Shown piece by piece: positions 1 to 10,070 of a DNA stretch of 64,000 bases (position 1 is the first letter of the stretch; every line of letters begins with the position of its first letter). Location of the stretch: the NCBI GenBank assembly GCA_023251095.1, contig JAHEZL010000012.1, positions 42,243 through 106,242 of the forward strand, written 5' to 3'. The notes under the pieces are model-generated. The model was not told the DNA's origin. It did no database searches and worked only from the letters and a program-made list of their open reading frames with translations. This stretch comes from Flavobacteriales bacterium. GTDB lineage: Bacteria > Bacteroidota > Bacteroidia > Flavobacteriales_C > GCA-002722245. Made by a program: the position numbers and the translations under genes.

Positions 1-770
1 ATTCCATTTCCTTTGGCTTCCACGGTGGTGAGTTCTGAGCGCAATAATTTTTTTAATGCTTCCTGAAGATATTTAGCTTCATTTTGAGCGCCTTTATTGT
101 AATAGATAATAGTGCCGGCAGAGATTTTAAATTCGCCTTTTTCTTTTTTGTAATGGATAGGAGTGGGGAGGATGGGAGAGTAGTCGTCTTCCGACAAATC
201 GGAAATCATTTTATTTTTTTCATATCTGCTTTCGGCACTTGGTACAGCTACGCTGTCGTTGGGAGTTCTGTTGACTTGTTCGGGTTTATTGAGTGGTGCA
301 TAAGTGATGTTTGAAAGTACTTCGGGAGCGAGATCTTTTCCTGCGGAATCTTTAAACACGATGTAAAATCCGCAAGGGAAATCGGCATTTTTGATGATCC
401 ATGCTCCTGTTTCAAAAGAGAAGCTCAGTTGGCCTTTTGCAGGAAGGGTTTTAAATGTTTTGGCAGGTTCTATTTTATAGAAATCACCATTGATACGGGT
501 GATAATAACATCTCCTTTTACTGATTTGTCAATGATGGTACGTGTTTGATTGAAATAGATGGTCCAGTTGGAAGCAAATTCTCCAGCGCTATTGTTTTGA
601 ATGACGAATTGATTGAGTGATTGTTCTTTTCCCTGATAGGTGTTGCTTACCATTGCATAAGATATGGAAAGGTCTTTTGCTGTTGCGGGAGCGCCGACTT
701 TCACTTCGGTTTCATTACACGCTGAAAAGGAAACAGCGATCAAAAAGGCGAAAAATAAATGCTTCATCAT
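1..770 (-). CDS. GH20 beta-N-acetylhexosaminidase/chitobiase lipoprotein, 5' part (runs off the window; absent from the ORF track)
   Basis: Manual translation: MMKHLFFAFLIAVSFSAC (lipobox), then NWTIYFNQ...RINGDFYKIEP (CHB_HEX chitobiase N-terminal domain) and ILPTP (start of the GH20b domain); frame stays open to the edge. Confidence 0.8.
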   Translation of the reverse strand, partial: MMKHLFFAFLIAVSFSACNETEVKVGAPATAKDLSISYAMVSNTYQGKEQSLNQFVIQNNSAGEFASNWTIYFNQTRTIIDKSVKGDVIITRINGDFYKIEPAKTFKTLPAKGQLSFSFETGAWIIKNADFPCGFYIVFKDSAGKDLAPEVLSNITYAPLNKPEQVNRTPNDSVAVPSAESRYEKNKMISDLSEDDYSPILPTPIHYKKEKGEFKISAGTIIYYNKGAQNEAKYLQEALKKLLRSELTTVEAKGNG

Positions 771-832
771 GTACAAAGTTGAGTAGGATTCAAATCTAAT
801 AATACTATCTCTTCTTTTCAAAGAAGCAAAGA

Positions 833-998
833 CTTACTTTTTTTCTTGATAAAAAAAGTAAGCAAAAAAATCAAGAGCCAAGAGATGCTGCCACCGCACG
901 AAAAATCTTTCGCGCAAGACCGAAACTTCGTTTCTCCTCTTAATATCAAACCTCTTGGCTCGGGCCGTCGCACGAAGTTAGCGACCATTTCCTGAAAC
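833..998. repeat. Structured intergenic repeat, pseudoknot family, copy 1
   Basis: TTACTTTTTTTCTTGATAAAAAAAGTAA..ATCAAGAGCCAAGAG...CTCTTGGCTCGGGCC..CGCACGAAGTTAGCGACCATTTCCTGAAAC, shared with 50736-50866 and 51807-51976. Confidence 0.9.
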
Positions 999-1005
999 AT
1001 TTGAG

Positions 1006-1656
1006 TTAAAATAGTTCAGATAAAGAAACCTTCTGAATTTCATAAGGATGCTTTAAATTACTGCAAACCGTTAAAAAATAATTTGAATTGTGTTCTAAAT
1101 CACTTTGCAGATAAAATGGTTCTCCTTTCATTTCCACTTCATCATTTAATACTAAAAAAGAGCTGAGCGGAATTCTGATACCTGTTCCTGTAGCCTTTAC
1201 CACGGCTTCTTTGCGCGTCCATATGTGGGTGAAGGCATGATTTAAATCCTTGTGATTTTTTATCCATTCCACTTCTTCTGTGGCGAAAAACCGTTCGGCT
1301 ATCAGTAAGCTTCCTTTGCTTTTTTCCTGAATGTCGATACCTACTTTTCCCTCTGCATCAAAAGCAACTACCACTACATTTCCTGAGTGGGAAATATTGA
1401 AATCGATTTCGCCTTTCGGACAAACATATCTTCCGAATTTATTGCGTTCTATACTCAGTAGTAAGTCCTCTTTGCCAAAATCGGTAAGCCCTTTTTTTAC
1501 CAGTAATTTACCTATTAAGCTACGCGCAAAGTCGTTGTCGTTTCGGTACTCTTTGGTGTTTTTTTGTAAAAAAACCGGAAGTTTATCCAGTAGTGTTTCA
1601 CGCTGTGCCGCATCAGGAAACTGATCGATGGTGCACCAATAAATTACTCTTTTCAT
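1006..1656 (-). CDS. Sfp-type 4'-phosphopantetheinyl transferase
   Basis: FNISHSG, VGIDIQ and WTRKEAVVKA motifs. Confidence 0.93.
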   Translation of the reverse strand: MKRVIYWCTIDQFPDAAQRETLLDKLPVFLQKNTKEYRNDNDFARSLIGKLLVKKGLTDFGKEDLLLSIERNKFGRYVCPKGEIDFNISHSGNVVVVAFDAEGKVGIDIQEKSKGSLLIAERFFATEEVEWIKNHKDLNHAFTHIWTRKEAVVKATGTGIRIPLSSFLVLNDEVEMKGEPFYLQSDLEHNSNYFLTVCSNLKHPYEIQKVSLSELF

Positions 1657-1669
1657 AGTGTGTAGGTCG

Positions 1670-2224
1670 TTAATTCGACGGGGTTCTATTAATATAGTAA
1701 TTTATTTTCTTAGCCAGTAATTCCGCGTCATTTTTATTTAGCTGAATCCCTAAGCGACGCAACCTGTCGGCGGCTTTAAATTCCAATACTTCATTGCCGG
1801 GCATCCAGCTGGATTGGTTGAGAACATTGAAAAATCCTTCGTTGGCGGTGGATATATAAGTGAGTGGCGACAATGTTTTTGTTTCGTAAATCCTTTCTGT
1901 TCCGCGTCCGCTGATTTCTTTTACATAGTGCATTTTACCTTCGGCAATTTTCACTACTTCGCGTCCGGTTTTCCTCCAGCGCAAAGCCTGCATCACCTGA
2001 TACTCAAAGTAAATCCAAAAAACGAGGAAGATGATTAAAAACAATTTCTGGTTTCTGTCCATATCGAAAAAAAACTGAGAGATCACTGCTGCTCCGCAAA
2101 AGCTCCAGGCGATGAACCATATCAGGGCCAGATTATATTTGTTTTTATCGTAAAGTGGTTTTATTTCAACGTACAATTCCCCTTTGTCTTCTTTGTAAAA
2201 AATATTTTTGCCTATGTTTTTCAT
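1670..2224 (-). CDS. Hypothetical membrane protein (2 TM)
   Basis: Two hydrophobic segments; 4-bp overlap with the bioA stop. Confidence 0.7.
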   Translation of the reverse strand: MKNIGKNIFYKEDKGELYVEIKPLYDKNKYNLALIWFIAWSFCGAAVISQFFFDMDRNQKLFLIIFLVFWIYFEYQVMQALRWRKTGREVVKIAEGKMHYVKEISGRGTERIYETKTLSPLTYISTANEGFFNVLNQSSWMPGNEVLEFKAADRLRRLGIQLNKNDAELLAKKINYYINRTPSN

Positions 2225-3498
2225 TTGATTTTCAATTGGTTTAAAAATGCGTCAATTTCTTCGTAAAGATGCTTTAATTCATCAGAGGTGATACAGTAGG
2301 GAGGCATTACATAAATGATGTTTCCCAGCGGACGAAGTAAAATATTTTTTTGCATGAAAAAATTATAAATGTCGTCTCTTATGTTGCTGAAGTACGAAGA
2401 GTTTTTTCCGGTGTTGATTTCAAATGCGTTGATGGTTCCCAGATTGCGCGCATGGAGCAAAGCAGGATGAGTTTTAAATTTTTGCATCCATTGTGTTTGC
2501 CGGTCACAAAGGTTTTTAATGTTGCACAATGTTTTTTCTTGCGCCAGTAACTCCATGTTGGCACAGGCTGCAGCGCAGGCGATGGGATTGCCTGTGTAGG
2601 AATGTCCGTGAAAAAAAGTTTTGAATTTGTCTTCGGAAATAAAAGCATCAAAAATATTTTGTGAGCAGGCCGTAACGCCTAAAGCCATGGTGCCGCCGGT
2701 AATTCCTTTCGACAGGCAGATGATGTCCGTTCCGGCTTGTAAATTATTGGTAGCAAAACATTTTCCGGTGCGGTAAAATCCGGTGAGCACCTCGTCGGCA
2801 ATGGTGAGTACTTTCGCAGCGGAGCAGATGTTTACCATTTTCTGCAATACATCGGCGCTGTACATTTGCATGCCGGCGGTTCCCAATAAAAGCGGTTCAA
2901 AGATAAAGGCAGCAGTGTTTTCGTTAATGCTGTTTTGCAATTGTTTCAGGGCTTCTTCTTCCTTTCCGGGAAGAGGTGCATCAATAAAATCCACTTCAAA
3001 AAGCAAAGATTCAAAAGGCCGATTGAAAGAACCTCTTCCTCCAACGGCCATGGCACCAAAGGTATCGCCGTGATAAGCTTCTTTAAAAGCAATGATTTTA
3101 TTTTTTTGTTTTCCCTGATTGTGCCAGTATTGCAAAGCCATTTTTATAGCCACTTCAACAGCTGTGGAACCATCATCGGAAAAAAATATTTTAGAGAAAT
3201 TTTTTGGTAAAATTTTTAATAAGTGTTCCGATAATTCAACCGCTTTAGGATGTGTAAATCCTGCAAAAATCACATGATCGAGCGTATTGGCCTGTTCGGC
3301 TATTTTTTGCGCAAGGTAAGGATGGCAATGTCCGTGAATGTTGGTCCACCACGACGAAACAGCATCCATTATTTTATCGCCGTTTTCGGTGATGAGGTAT
3401 AAGCCTTCGCCTTTAACAATTGCTACAGGCGTTGCGCTGCCATATGTTTGAGTGAAGGGATGCCAAATGTTTTGTATGTCGGAGCGAAGAATGGACAT
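2221..3498 (-). CDS. bioA: Adenosylmethionine-8-amino-7-oxononanoate aminotransferase
   Basis: IWHPFTQ, DAVSSWW, YHGDT, DEVLTGF, SKGITGG, HGHSYTGNP, LLRPLGN. Confidence 0.97.
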   Translation of the reverse strand: MSILRSDIQNIWHPFTQTYGSATPVAIVKGEGLYLITENGDKIMDAVSSWWTNIHGHCHPYLAQKIAEQANTLDHVIFAGFTHPKAVELSEHLLKILPKNFSKIFFSDDGSTAVEVAIKMALQYWHNQGKQKNKIIAFKEAYHGDTFGAMAVGGRGSFNRPFESLLFEVDFIDAPLPGKEEEALKQLQNSINENTAAFIFEPLLLGTAGMQMYSADVLQKMVNICSAAKVLTIADEVLTGFYRTGKCFATNNLQAGTDIICLSKGITGGTMALGVTACSQNIFDAFISEDKFKTFFHGHSYTGNPIACAAACANMELLAQEKTLCNIKNLCDRQTQWMQKFKTHPALLHARNLGTINAFEINTGKNSSYFSNIRDDIYNFFMQKNILLRPLGNIIYVMPPYCITSDELKHLYEEIDAFLNQLKIK

Positions 3499-3499
3499 G

Positions 3500-4093
3500 T
3501 TATTTTATGCGGCCAAGAGATTTTGGTTTTTTTCTTCGTTTGGCTCTGCGGTCTTCGCTGATGTATATATTGCAGCGAACACCTGCTTCGGCGTATGATA
3601 AAAATATGAGTGGATAAGCTTTCCATGAAGCGTAAAGGCTTACGTATTGATTGAATTCAAAATCGATTCCTCCTCCGAAAAAATGTGAATTGTCTTTGTG
3701 GTAGTGATTGCCGTTATCCTTTTTGGAAACAGCGCTGCTGAAATAGGTTGAAAATTCATAATCTCTTTGCCAGTAGCCGTAATTTAAGCCCATCAAGGCG
3801 TGGGTGGAAAATCCGCCGACTTTAAAAAACACCAGTTCAATTCCTGCTTCCAGGCGGTATTCTTTATACTTCTCGCTGCTGGGAAAAAGAGTTACTCCCT
3901 GTGCGTAAAAAGCGAGTCCGTTATTGGTTGGAAAATAATATTTTGCAAAGGCACCAAAATCTTTGGAGTCTACTAAAAACGAAGTTCCTGCAGATAATGA
4001 GAAGCTTGGTATTTTTTCAACGTATTTGTATATCTGAGCATTGGCTGCTGCAACAAAGGAAAATAAAATAAGAGCAAGAAATTTACTGCGCAT
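3500..4093 (-). CDS. Hypothetical exported protein, probable small OM beta-barrel
   Basis: Signal peptide (ANAQ), alternating aromatic beta-strands, basic C-tail. Confidence 0.55.
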   Translation of the reverse strand: MRSKFLALILFSFVAAANAQIYKYVEKIPSFSLSAGTSFLVDSKDFGAFAKYYFPTNNGLAFYAQGVTLFPSSEKYKEYRLEAGIELVFFKVGGFSTHALMGLNYGYWQRDYEFSTYFSSAVSKKDNGNHYHKDNSHFFGGGIDFEFNQYVSLYASWKAYPLIFLSYAEAGVRCNIYISEDRRAKRRKKPKSLGRIK

Positions 4094-4170
4094 TTTATAT
4101 GGGTTACCGTTGCTAAAGGTAAATAAAACAGTTTAATAAACGGAGTGGAAATTTTTGATTTTGGAAGCGC

Positions 4171-4545
4171 TTACTGAACTAAAAAATAAACCGAGTAATT
4201 GTTGGATGTTTCGGCGCTCACCTGGTGAATTTTAACGCGGTTGTAGCGTCTGTCGTATTCAATAATGAAAGGAGCTTCATTAAGGTAAATGTCTTTTCCG
4301 GTGCAATAATACACCACAATTCCATTTTCAACGGATTTGCTGTTGATGGAATAAATACCCGACGGAGTGGAAATTTTATTGGCGCTTTCGAGTACTTTGA
4401 TCAGTCCGGAATGAGAATAATGTTGTTGTGTTTTTTCTTTGGATATGCCGTCTACACTGAAGTAGGTTACGCCTTGATAGTTCAGGTTTTGACCGAAACA
4501 AACTGACATGGAGAACAAAGACAATAAAGTGAAAAAGACTTTCAT
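4171..4545 (-). CDS. Hypothetical secreted protein
   Basis: Signal peptide ending CFGQ; 124 aa. Confidence 0.6.
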   Translation of the reverse strand: MKVFFTLLSLFSMSVCFGQNLNYQGVTYFSVDGISKEKTQQHYSHSGLIKVLESANKISTPSGIYSINSKSVENGIVVYYCTGKDIYLNEAPFIIEYDRRYNRVKIHQVSAETSNNYSVYFLVQ

Positions 4546-4694
4546 TGTAGTAAAAAATTAGGTGGATAAACAACTATATAACCGGCCCACTTTTGTAAAT
4601 CCGCCTGAAAATTAAAAGATTGATGTTTTAATGTAAGCTGAACTTGCTTTTTCTTTTCAAGAAGGAGTGGTTGATAACCACAATGACAGAAGGG

Positions 4695-5285
4695 TTACCT
4701 CACCTCAATAATCCCCATTTGTTTCAAATGCTGGTTGAGTCGGAAGAGGGGCAGTCCCATTACATTGTAAAAACAACCGTTGATTTTTTCAATGCCGATA
4801 TAACCTATCCATTCCTGAATGCCATATGATCCGGCTTTGTCGAGAGGTTGAAAGTTATCAATATAAAAAGTGATTTCAGCCTCGGAGAGTTTATTGAAAT
4901 ACACTTCGGTGATTTCGTGAAAAGTAGTGCTGCGGTGTTTTTCCTGTAAGGTAACTGCAGTTACCACACGGTGCATCTTACCGCTGAGTTTGTGTAAAAT
5001 TTTAATGGCGTCGGCCCTGTCTTCAGGTTTGCCTAATATTTCATCTTCCAGCCAAACAATGGTGTCAGAAGTGATGATCAGTTCATCTTCCTGCATTTCA
5101 TCTTTGAAAGCTTCGCCTTTGAGTTGACTCAAAAAGATGGGAACTTCGGGACCTTTTAAATGTGGCGGATAAATTTCTTCAATGTCTTTGCCGCGGATTT
5201 CATACTCCAAATGCAATTCTTTCAGCAGCTGTTGGCGGCGTGGCGACTTTGACGCCAGAATTATTTTTTTTGTTTGAGCAATCAT
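4695..5285 (-). CDS. maf: Maf family nucleotide pyrophosphatase
   Basis: ILASKSPRR, SDTIV, DKAGSYGIQ, NVMGLP. Confidence 0.96.
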   Translation of the reverse strand: MIAQTKKIILASKSPRRQQLLKELHLEYEIRGKDIEEIYPPHLKGPEVPIFLSQLKGEAFKDEMQEDELIITSDTIVWLEDEILGKPEDRADAIKILHKLSGKMHRVVTAVTLQEKHRSTTFHEITEVYFNKLSEAEITFYIDNFQPLDKAGSYGIQEWIGYIGIEKINGCFYNVMGLPLFRLNQHLKQMGIIEVR

Positions 5286-5297
5286 GATTTTGAGTTT

Positions 5298-6260
5298 TTA
5301 CAAAAATCCGTAAATGATACATGTTCCAAATCCCGCCAGCATTATAAGTTTCCAGAGATTGCTCAGTGCAGTGAAATCTTTTTTGTCTTTTGTCTTTACC
5401 ACTTTCAACATAGAAGAACCCACCAGAAGTGCGATGGATAAAGACTGATAAGCAAAGTACACTATTGTGTTTTGTGAAAAGATGGAAAGAAAAAATAAAG
5501 CAGCGTAAAGCACTGCGATAAAAATCATGGAAAGAACAACTACAATTTTTTTCGCATTCGTCATTCCAAAAACCACAGGAAGCGTGCGCGCACCAAATTT
5601 TTGGTCGCCTTCAATGTCTTCCATGTCTTTAATGATTTCTCTGATGAGAGTGCTCAGAAAAGCAAATACAGCAAGGTAAAAACACCATTCGGGCATGAAT
5701 AATATAGGATTTCCATATACATTAATATTCAATACTTCACTGTAAGCACCCAGCATGGCGCCGTATTCAAAAGTGAGTTGTACCAAAGGGACGCATGCTG
5801 CAAGCACAGCAATGGCAAGGTTTCCGAGTAAAGGTGATTTTTTAAGCTGGGCTGCATAAATCCACAAAAGCAAAGGAGTGAATATATGAAACAAGGTAAA
5901 GGAAGTGTTTTTTGCTTCTAAGGCTAAATAATAACCCAGTGCAATTCCGCTGAGTGTAAGCACAAAAAATAAAATCCATGCTTTGGTTTCGCTGATGCTT
6001 TTTCCTACAATTTTTTTGTCGGGTTTATTGACGTTGTCGATTTCCTGATCGTAAATATCGTTCACTACATTTCCTCCTGCAGCGATCAATACTACAGAGG
6101 CAACCAAAATCCAAAAACTGCTTTGAGGAAACTGAAGATTGAAAAGCAAACCTGAATTTTGTAATCCTTTTTCAAAAATGAATAAACGAACAATCACCAT
6201 GAGTAAGGCGATGATCAGTAAGTTGCTCCAGCGAATCAGTTTTAAAAAGTTCATTACCAT
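5298..6260 (-). CDS. UbiA-family prenyltransferase (DGGGP synthase-like)
   Basis: NDIYDQEID..NKP and REIIKDMEDIEGD aspartate-rich motifs, multiple TM segments. Confidence 0.9.
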   Translation of the reverse strand: MVMNFLKLIRWSNLLIIALLMVIVRLFIFEKGLQNSGLLFNLQFPQSSFWILVASVVLIAAGGNVVNDIYDQEIDNVNKPDKKIVGKSISETKAWILFFVLTLSGIALGYYLALEAKNTSFTLFHIFTPLLLWIYAAQLKKSPLLGNLAIAVLAACVPLVQLTFEYGAMLGAYSEVLNINVYGNPILFMPEWCFYLAVFAFLSTLIREIIKDMEDIEGDQKFGARTLPVVFGMTNAKKIVVVLSMIFIAVLYAALFFLSIFSQNTIVYFAYQSLSIALLVGSSMLKVVKTKDKKDFTALSNLWKLIMLAGFGTCIIYGFL

Positions 6261-6793
6261 GTAAAATGTTTGTCGTTGATTTTTGAAGGATCAAACCATT
6301 TTCCCTGTGCTTTCAATGTTTGTTCAATCACATCTCTCACACAACCTTCTCCACCTTTGTCGGGTGAAATATAAGTAGAAATATTTTTAATTTCTATACA
6401 AGCGTCTTTCGGACAGGTAGGCAGGCCAATCATTGTCATCACTTCGTAATCGGGAATATCATCGCCCATGTACAAAATTGTTTTCGGATCAATGCTGTAT
6501 GCCGAAATCACTTCTTCCAGTTTTTCTCTTTTATCGGAAACACCTAAATAAATATCGGTGATGCCCAATTTGGTAAATCGCGATTTTACGCTTTCTGATT
6601 TTCCGCCGGAAATAATAGCGATTTTATATCCCTTTTTTACTGCGTATTGCAAAGCAAAACCATCGCGGATATTCATGGTACGCAGCTGATCTCCTTCGGG
6701 AGTAATGGTAACGGTATTGTTGGTCATCACGCCATCCACATCAAAAATAAAGGTGGTGATATTGTTTAGAAGGAATAAATAATTATCCTGCAT
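6254..6793 (-). CDS. kdsC: KDO-8-phosphate phosphatase (HAD family); start probably ATG 6793 rather than 6829
   Basis: FDVDGV, DGFA, ISGG, MGDDIPD, GGEGCVR. Confidence 0.93.
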   Translation of the reverse strand: MQDNYLFLLNNITTFIFDVDGVMTNNTVTITPEGDQLRTMNIRDGFALQYAVKKGYKIAIISGGKSESVKSRFTKLGITDIYLGVSDKREKLEEVISAYSIDPKTILYMGDDIPDYEVMTMIGLPTCPKDACIEIKNISTYISPDKGGEGCVRDVIEQTLKAQGKWFDPSKINDKHFTW

Positions 6794-9482
6794 TTTCCTG
6801 TTTTTTAGAAGTTTTAGTTCTGTGCACAATGGCGATGGTGGTTCCTATAATCATTACGATACAGCCTGTCCACAAGATGTTGATGAGCGGAAATTGAATG
6901 GCCTTCATCACAATGAATTCACCGCCTGAATAATCGGTCATTTCAAATTCGAAATATTGTTTTTCATAATTAATATCAACGAGTTTGAATTTCGCCTTCA
7001 GACCATCTACTTTGGTTTCGGGCGACGACATTTTTTTTCCTCTCACGTCGTTCATCACTACTACAAATTCTTCTTTTGCTTTTCCGGGATAGTACACTTC
7101 TAAAACTGCTCCCACGTTTACTGCGGAATCATTTTTAGTTGGATGAGTAATGCTTACCTGCGCTGCTTTAAAATATAAGATGGCGTTGTTTACGCTTACG
7201 GTATCGCCCTTTCCGAGTTTAATTCCTTTGTGTTCGGCAACCTTATAAGTTTGTAAATGCGTGTAAATATCTTTGTGTAAATAGTGTTTGGTGTCGGGTT
7301 CGGGTACCTTTCCCATTTTGTCGTTCAATTGAAAAAACGGACTCAGTGTAAAATCTTTTTCGAAAGTGGAATCGGATTTTTTACGCAGGTAATCAACATC
7401 AAAATGAAGGTCGACACCCTCCTGATAAATTTTATTGAAAGTCACATAGTAATCTCCCATTGGTAAAGTATCTCCGCGGGAAAGAAAAAGATTCTCATTG
7501 TTTTTCATGGTGTTATCGCTCGCCTTTTCCAAATCAAATTTCGAAGTGTTTTCTGAAATCACTTCGCTTTGTGAAGTAGAAATAAAGGCGCCCAGCATAA
7601 TCATTCCAAAACCCAGATGAGCGATGGGTGCGCCCGACGATTTTAAATTTCCTTTGAGCACTCTTACGAAGTAGCCCACATTGCCTACAATAGCGAAAGT
7701 AGCGGCAAAGAAAAACAGCCAATACAGCACCAAACGGAAAGGGTCGTTTTCATAATCAAACTGATAGGAAAAGGCGATCAGTAAAGAGATGAAAGCAGTA
7801 ATTACAAAACTGAGGGCTAAATCGCCCAATAATTTTTTTGTTGGTGTTTTGCTGTATTTCAAGTACAAGCCGCTACCCATCAATAAACAAATGATAAAGC
7901 CAAAAAGAATCTGATATTTCACATAAGATTCAAAAACATCTTTGTTGGAAGCGAGGTTTGTACCGAACACTTTATTGATGACAGGGAAGGAAGTGAAAAT
8001 GATGATTTGCAGACAGGAGATCAACAGCATGATGGCAGCAATGAACATCCAGAATTCGCGGGAACTCACATCTTCTTCTTTTTCGTTTTCCTCTTTCGGG
8101 AAAAATTTAAGATAAGAGAAAACAAAAAGCGCGAGGTAAGCAGTGATTAAAATAATGGACAGTACTTTTAAATCTTCCACATAAAACTGAACGACAAAAA
8201 AGCAAAGGGAAAGTACGGTGTAAGCAATGCGCAGCATTTTGTTCCAAATCACTAAATAGCCTGCCAGCCACCAAAAGAAAAAGAGAAAAATCAATAGCTG
8301 TCCGGGCAAACCATCTGCGAAAGAATGCACCGAAGTATCGCCTAAAATTCCGCTGCGGGTGAGGTAAGTAGAGTAGAGCACCAGTAAAAAAGAAACCATT
8401 GTGAGCAGGAAAGTAACATAAGAAGATTTTCCTTTTTTGCGTTGAACGATCATCACGTGCGCTGCGCCAACAAAAGTGAGCCACGGAAATAGCGAAGCAT
8501 TTTCAACAGGATCCCATGCCCAGAAACCACCAAAGCTCAAAGCTTCATAAGCCCATGCACCACCCATTAATATTCCGGTTCCGAGGGCAGCAACACCAAA
8601 GAAAATCCATGGCAGAGCAGGTGTCATCCATTCATTTAATCTTTTGGTCCAAAGTCCGGCAATCGCAAAAGTAAAAGGAACGAGAGTGGAGGCGAAGCCT
8701 AAAAACAACATCGGCGGATGAATGGTCATCCAGTAATTTTGCAGCAAAGGATTGAGTCCGTTACCATCTAAAGCATGCAAGTACTGCGGATCTTTGAAAA
8801 AAAGTTCGTTGGCAAATTGAGGATATTCGCGGGTGAGGATGTTAAACGGACTGCTTCCGATTTGAAAGCCGGGAATATTTTTATTCATAATAAAGCCGCC
8901 AATCGCAAGGATAGCGCCTCCTATGGTGAATCTTTCAATATTAGATAAGCGGTTCCAGATTAAAAACAAAATGAATAACCCGGCAACAATAATCATGATG
9001 CCCGCATAAGGTCCGTCGGGAATGTGAATACCGAGCAACATGGAAATTAAAAAAACCTGAACAGCTGAAAACACAGCCATTACCGGACTTTCCCATTTTT
9101 TTGCAGTGAAACATAAAACACTTCCCAACACTACATGCCAGATGGTCCACAACAAAAAGCTACCTTCCTGACCTTCCCAGAAACAGGAAAGAATATAGCG
9201 CAAAGGCATAACGTTGCTGGAGTGTTTCCACACGTAGTAATATTCGTAACGGTGGTTGTACAACATTGTGAAAAGCAAAGCCACAATACCAGCCACCGCA
9301 AGAGCATGAGTGAAAAAAGCCCTGCGACCGATTTTTCTCCACGATTCTTTTTCATGCTCGGGGCCTTCTACAGCGAAGTAGTGAGCGACAGAAGAGAGGA
9401 TAGCAAACACAAAGGCGATGAGCACAAAGATGTGTCCCCATTTTCCCAATTGTAAATTTTCGCCGATGTAGTTGAGTTCCAT
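6783..9482 (-). CDS. ccmF: Cytochrome c heme lyase CcmF
   Basis: WEGQEGS, GLNPLLQNYWMTIHPP, WAYEALSFGGFWAWDPVENAS, SVHSF. Confidence 0.95.
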   Translation of the reverse strand: MELNYIGENLQLGKWGHIFVLIAFVFAILSSVAHYFAVEGPEHEKESWRKIGRRAFFTHALAVAGIVALLFTMLYNHRYEYYYVWKHSSNVMPLRYILSCFWEGQEGSFLLWTIWHVVLGSVLCFTAKKWESPVMAVFSAVQVFLISMLLGIHIPDGPYAGIMIIVAGLFILFLIWNRLSNIERFTIGGAILAIGGFIMNKNIPGFQIGSSPFNILTREYPQFANELFFKDPQYLHALDGNGLNPLLQNYWMTIHPPMLFLGFASTLVPFTFAIAGLWTKRLNEWMTPALPWIFFGVAALGTGILMGGAWAYEALSFGGFWAWDPVENASLFPWLTFVGAAHVMIVQRKKGKSSYVTFLLTMVSFLLVLYSTYLTRSGILGDTSVHSFADGLPGQLLIFLFFFWWLAGYLVIWNKMLRIAYTVLSLCFFVVQFYVEDLKVLSIILITAYLALFVFSYLKFFPKEENEKEEDVSSREFWMFIAAIMLLISCLQIIIFTSFPVINKVFGTNLASNKDVFESYVKYQILFGFIICLLMGSGLYLKYSKTPTKKLLGDLALSFVITAFISLLIAFSYQFDYENDPFRLVLYWLFFFAATFAIVGNVGYFVRVLKGNLKSSGAPIAHLGFGMIMLGAFISTSQSEVISENTSKFDLEKASDNTMKNNENLFLSRGDTLPMGDYYVTFNKIYQEGVDLHFDVDYLRKKSDSTFEKDFTLSPFFQLNDKMGKVPEPDTKHYLHKDIYTHLQTYKVAEHKGIKLGKGDTVSVNNAILYFKAAQVSITHPTKNDSAVNVGAVLEVYYPGKAKEEFVVVMNDVRGKKMSSPETKVDGLKAKFKLVDINYEKQYFEFEMTDYSGGEFIVMKAIQFPLINILWTGCIVMIIGTTIAIVHRTKTSKKQENAG

Positions 9483-9484
9483 AT

Positions 9485-9904
9485 TTAGCGGGATGTACCG
9501 AATTGTTGATCTTCCAGTTTTTTCGGATCCAGCTTACCATCCTGGTATTTGGAAGGGCATTTCACGAGAATGGTTTCTGCGTGAAAAATATTTTTCACCA
9601 TTTTTCCTGTTAAGGTGATGTTTTCCGATTTTTCGATGTCGCGGGGTTTAGCGCCGTGAAAATAAACTTCACGTTCCACATGTTCTTTATCACTTACAAA
9701 CATAATAGTGAGATCGGTATTTTTCACCGGATCGTAAGTCACCGGTTTTTCTTTGTTGAGCGTGCCGATAATGGTAATCGTTTTATCGGGATGTTGTTCC
9801 GCCTCGGTGAAGGTAGAGTAAGTTCCTGCGCCTTGTAAAGCCAGTAAAAGCAGTACAACAGAAACCACAATAATGGAAAGACCTATGACAGCTCCTTTAT
9901 TCAT
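9485..9904 (-). CDS. ccmE: Heme chaperone CcmE, Cys-type (CxxxY)
   Basis: N-terminal TM anchor, OB-fold pattern, KCPSKY motif. Confidence 0.92.
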   Translation of the reverse strand: MNKGAVIGLSIIVVSVVLLLLALQGAGTYSTFTEAEQHPDKTITIIGTLNKEKPVTYDPVKNTDLTIMFVSDKEHVEREVYFHGAKPRDIEKSENITLTGKMVKNIFHAETILVKCPSKYQDGKLDPKKLEDQQFGTSR

Positions 9905-10068
9905 TTGTTTTTTTGTTTTTCAATTTTCCCGATTTTTCTGTCGAGGAAAAAAAGGTAGCCTAAAATGCCGACAAGAATGATCACTAAAACACCCACCACC
10001 ACGTAAATTTTTCCGTTTTGGTAAAGCATGTCGGCCATTTTCGGACCTTGATTTTTAACTTCTTCCAT
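9901..10068 (-). CDS. ccmD: CcmD-family small membrane protein, 55 aa (below the ORF-track cutoff)
   Basis: MEEVKNQGPKMADMLYQNGKIYVVVGVLVIILVGILGYLFFLDRKIGKIEKQKNK; single TM, sits between ccmC and ccmE with an ATGA overlap. Confidence 0.85.
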   Translation of the reverse strand: MEEVKNQGPKMADMLYQNGKIYVVVGVLVIILVGILGYLFFLDRKIGKIEKQKNK

Positions 10069-10070
10069 GG

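Noticed and set aside
818-1000. Short ORFs over the pseudoknot repeats (also 50824-51027 and 51939-52142)
   Set aside because: They are translations of the repeat; frames are not conserved between copies
5298-6260. Archaeal-type ether lipid pathway suggested by the DGGGPS-like gene
   Set aside because: This UbiA homologue beside kdsC and maf is common in Bacteroidota; no partner genes in the window
9485-9904. Cys instead of His in the CcmE heme motif as a novelty
   Set aside because: CxxxY CcmE is an already known System I variant
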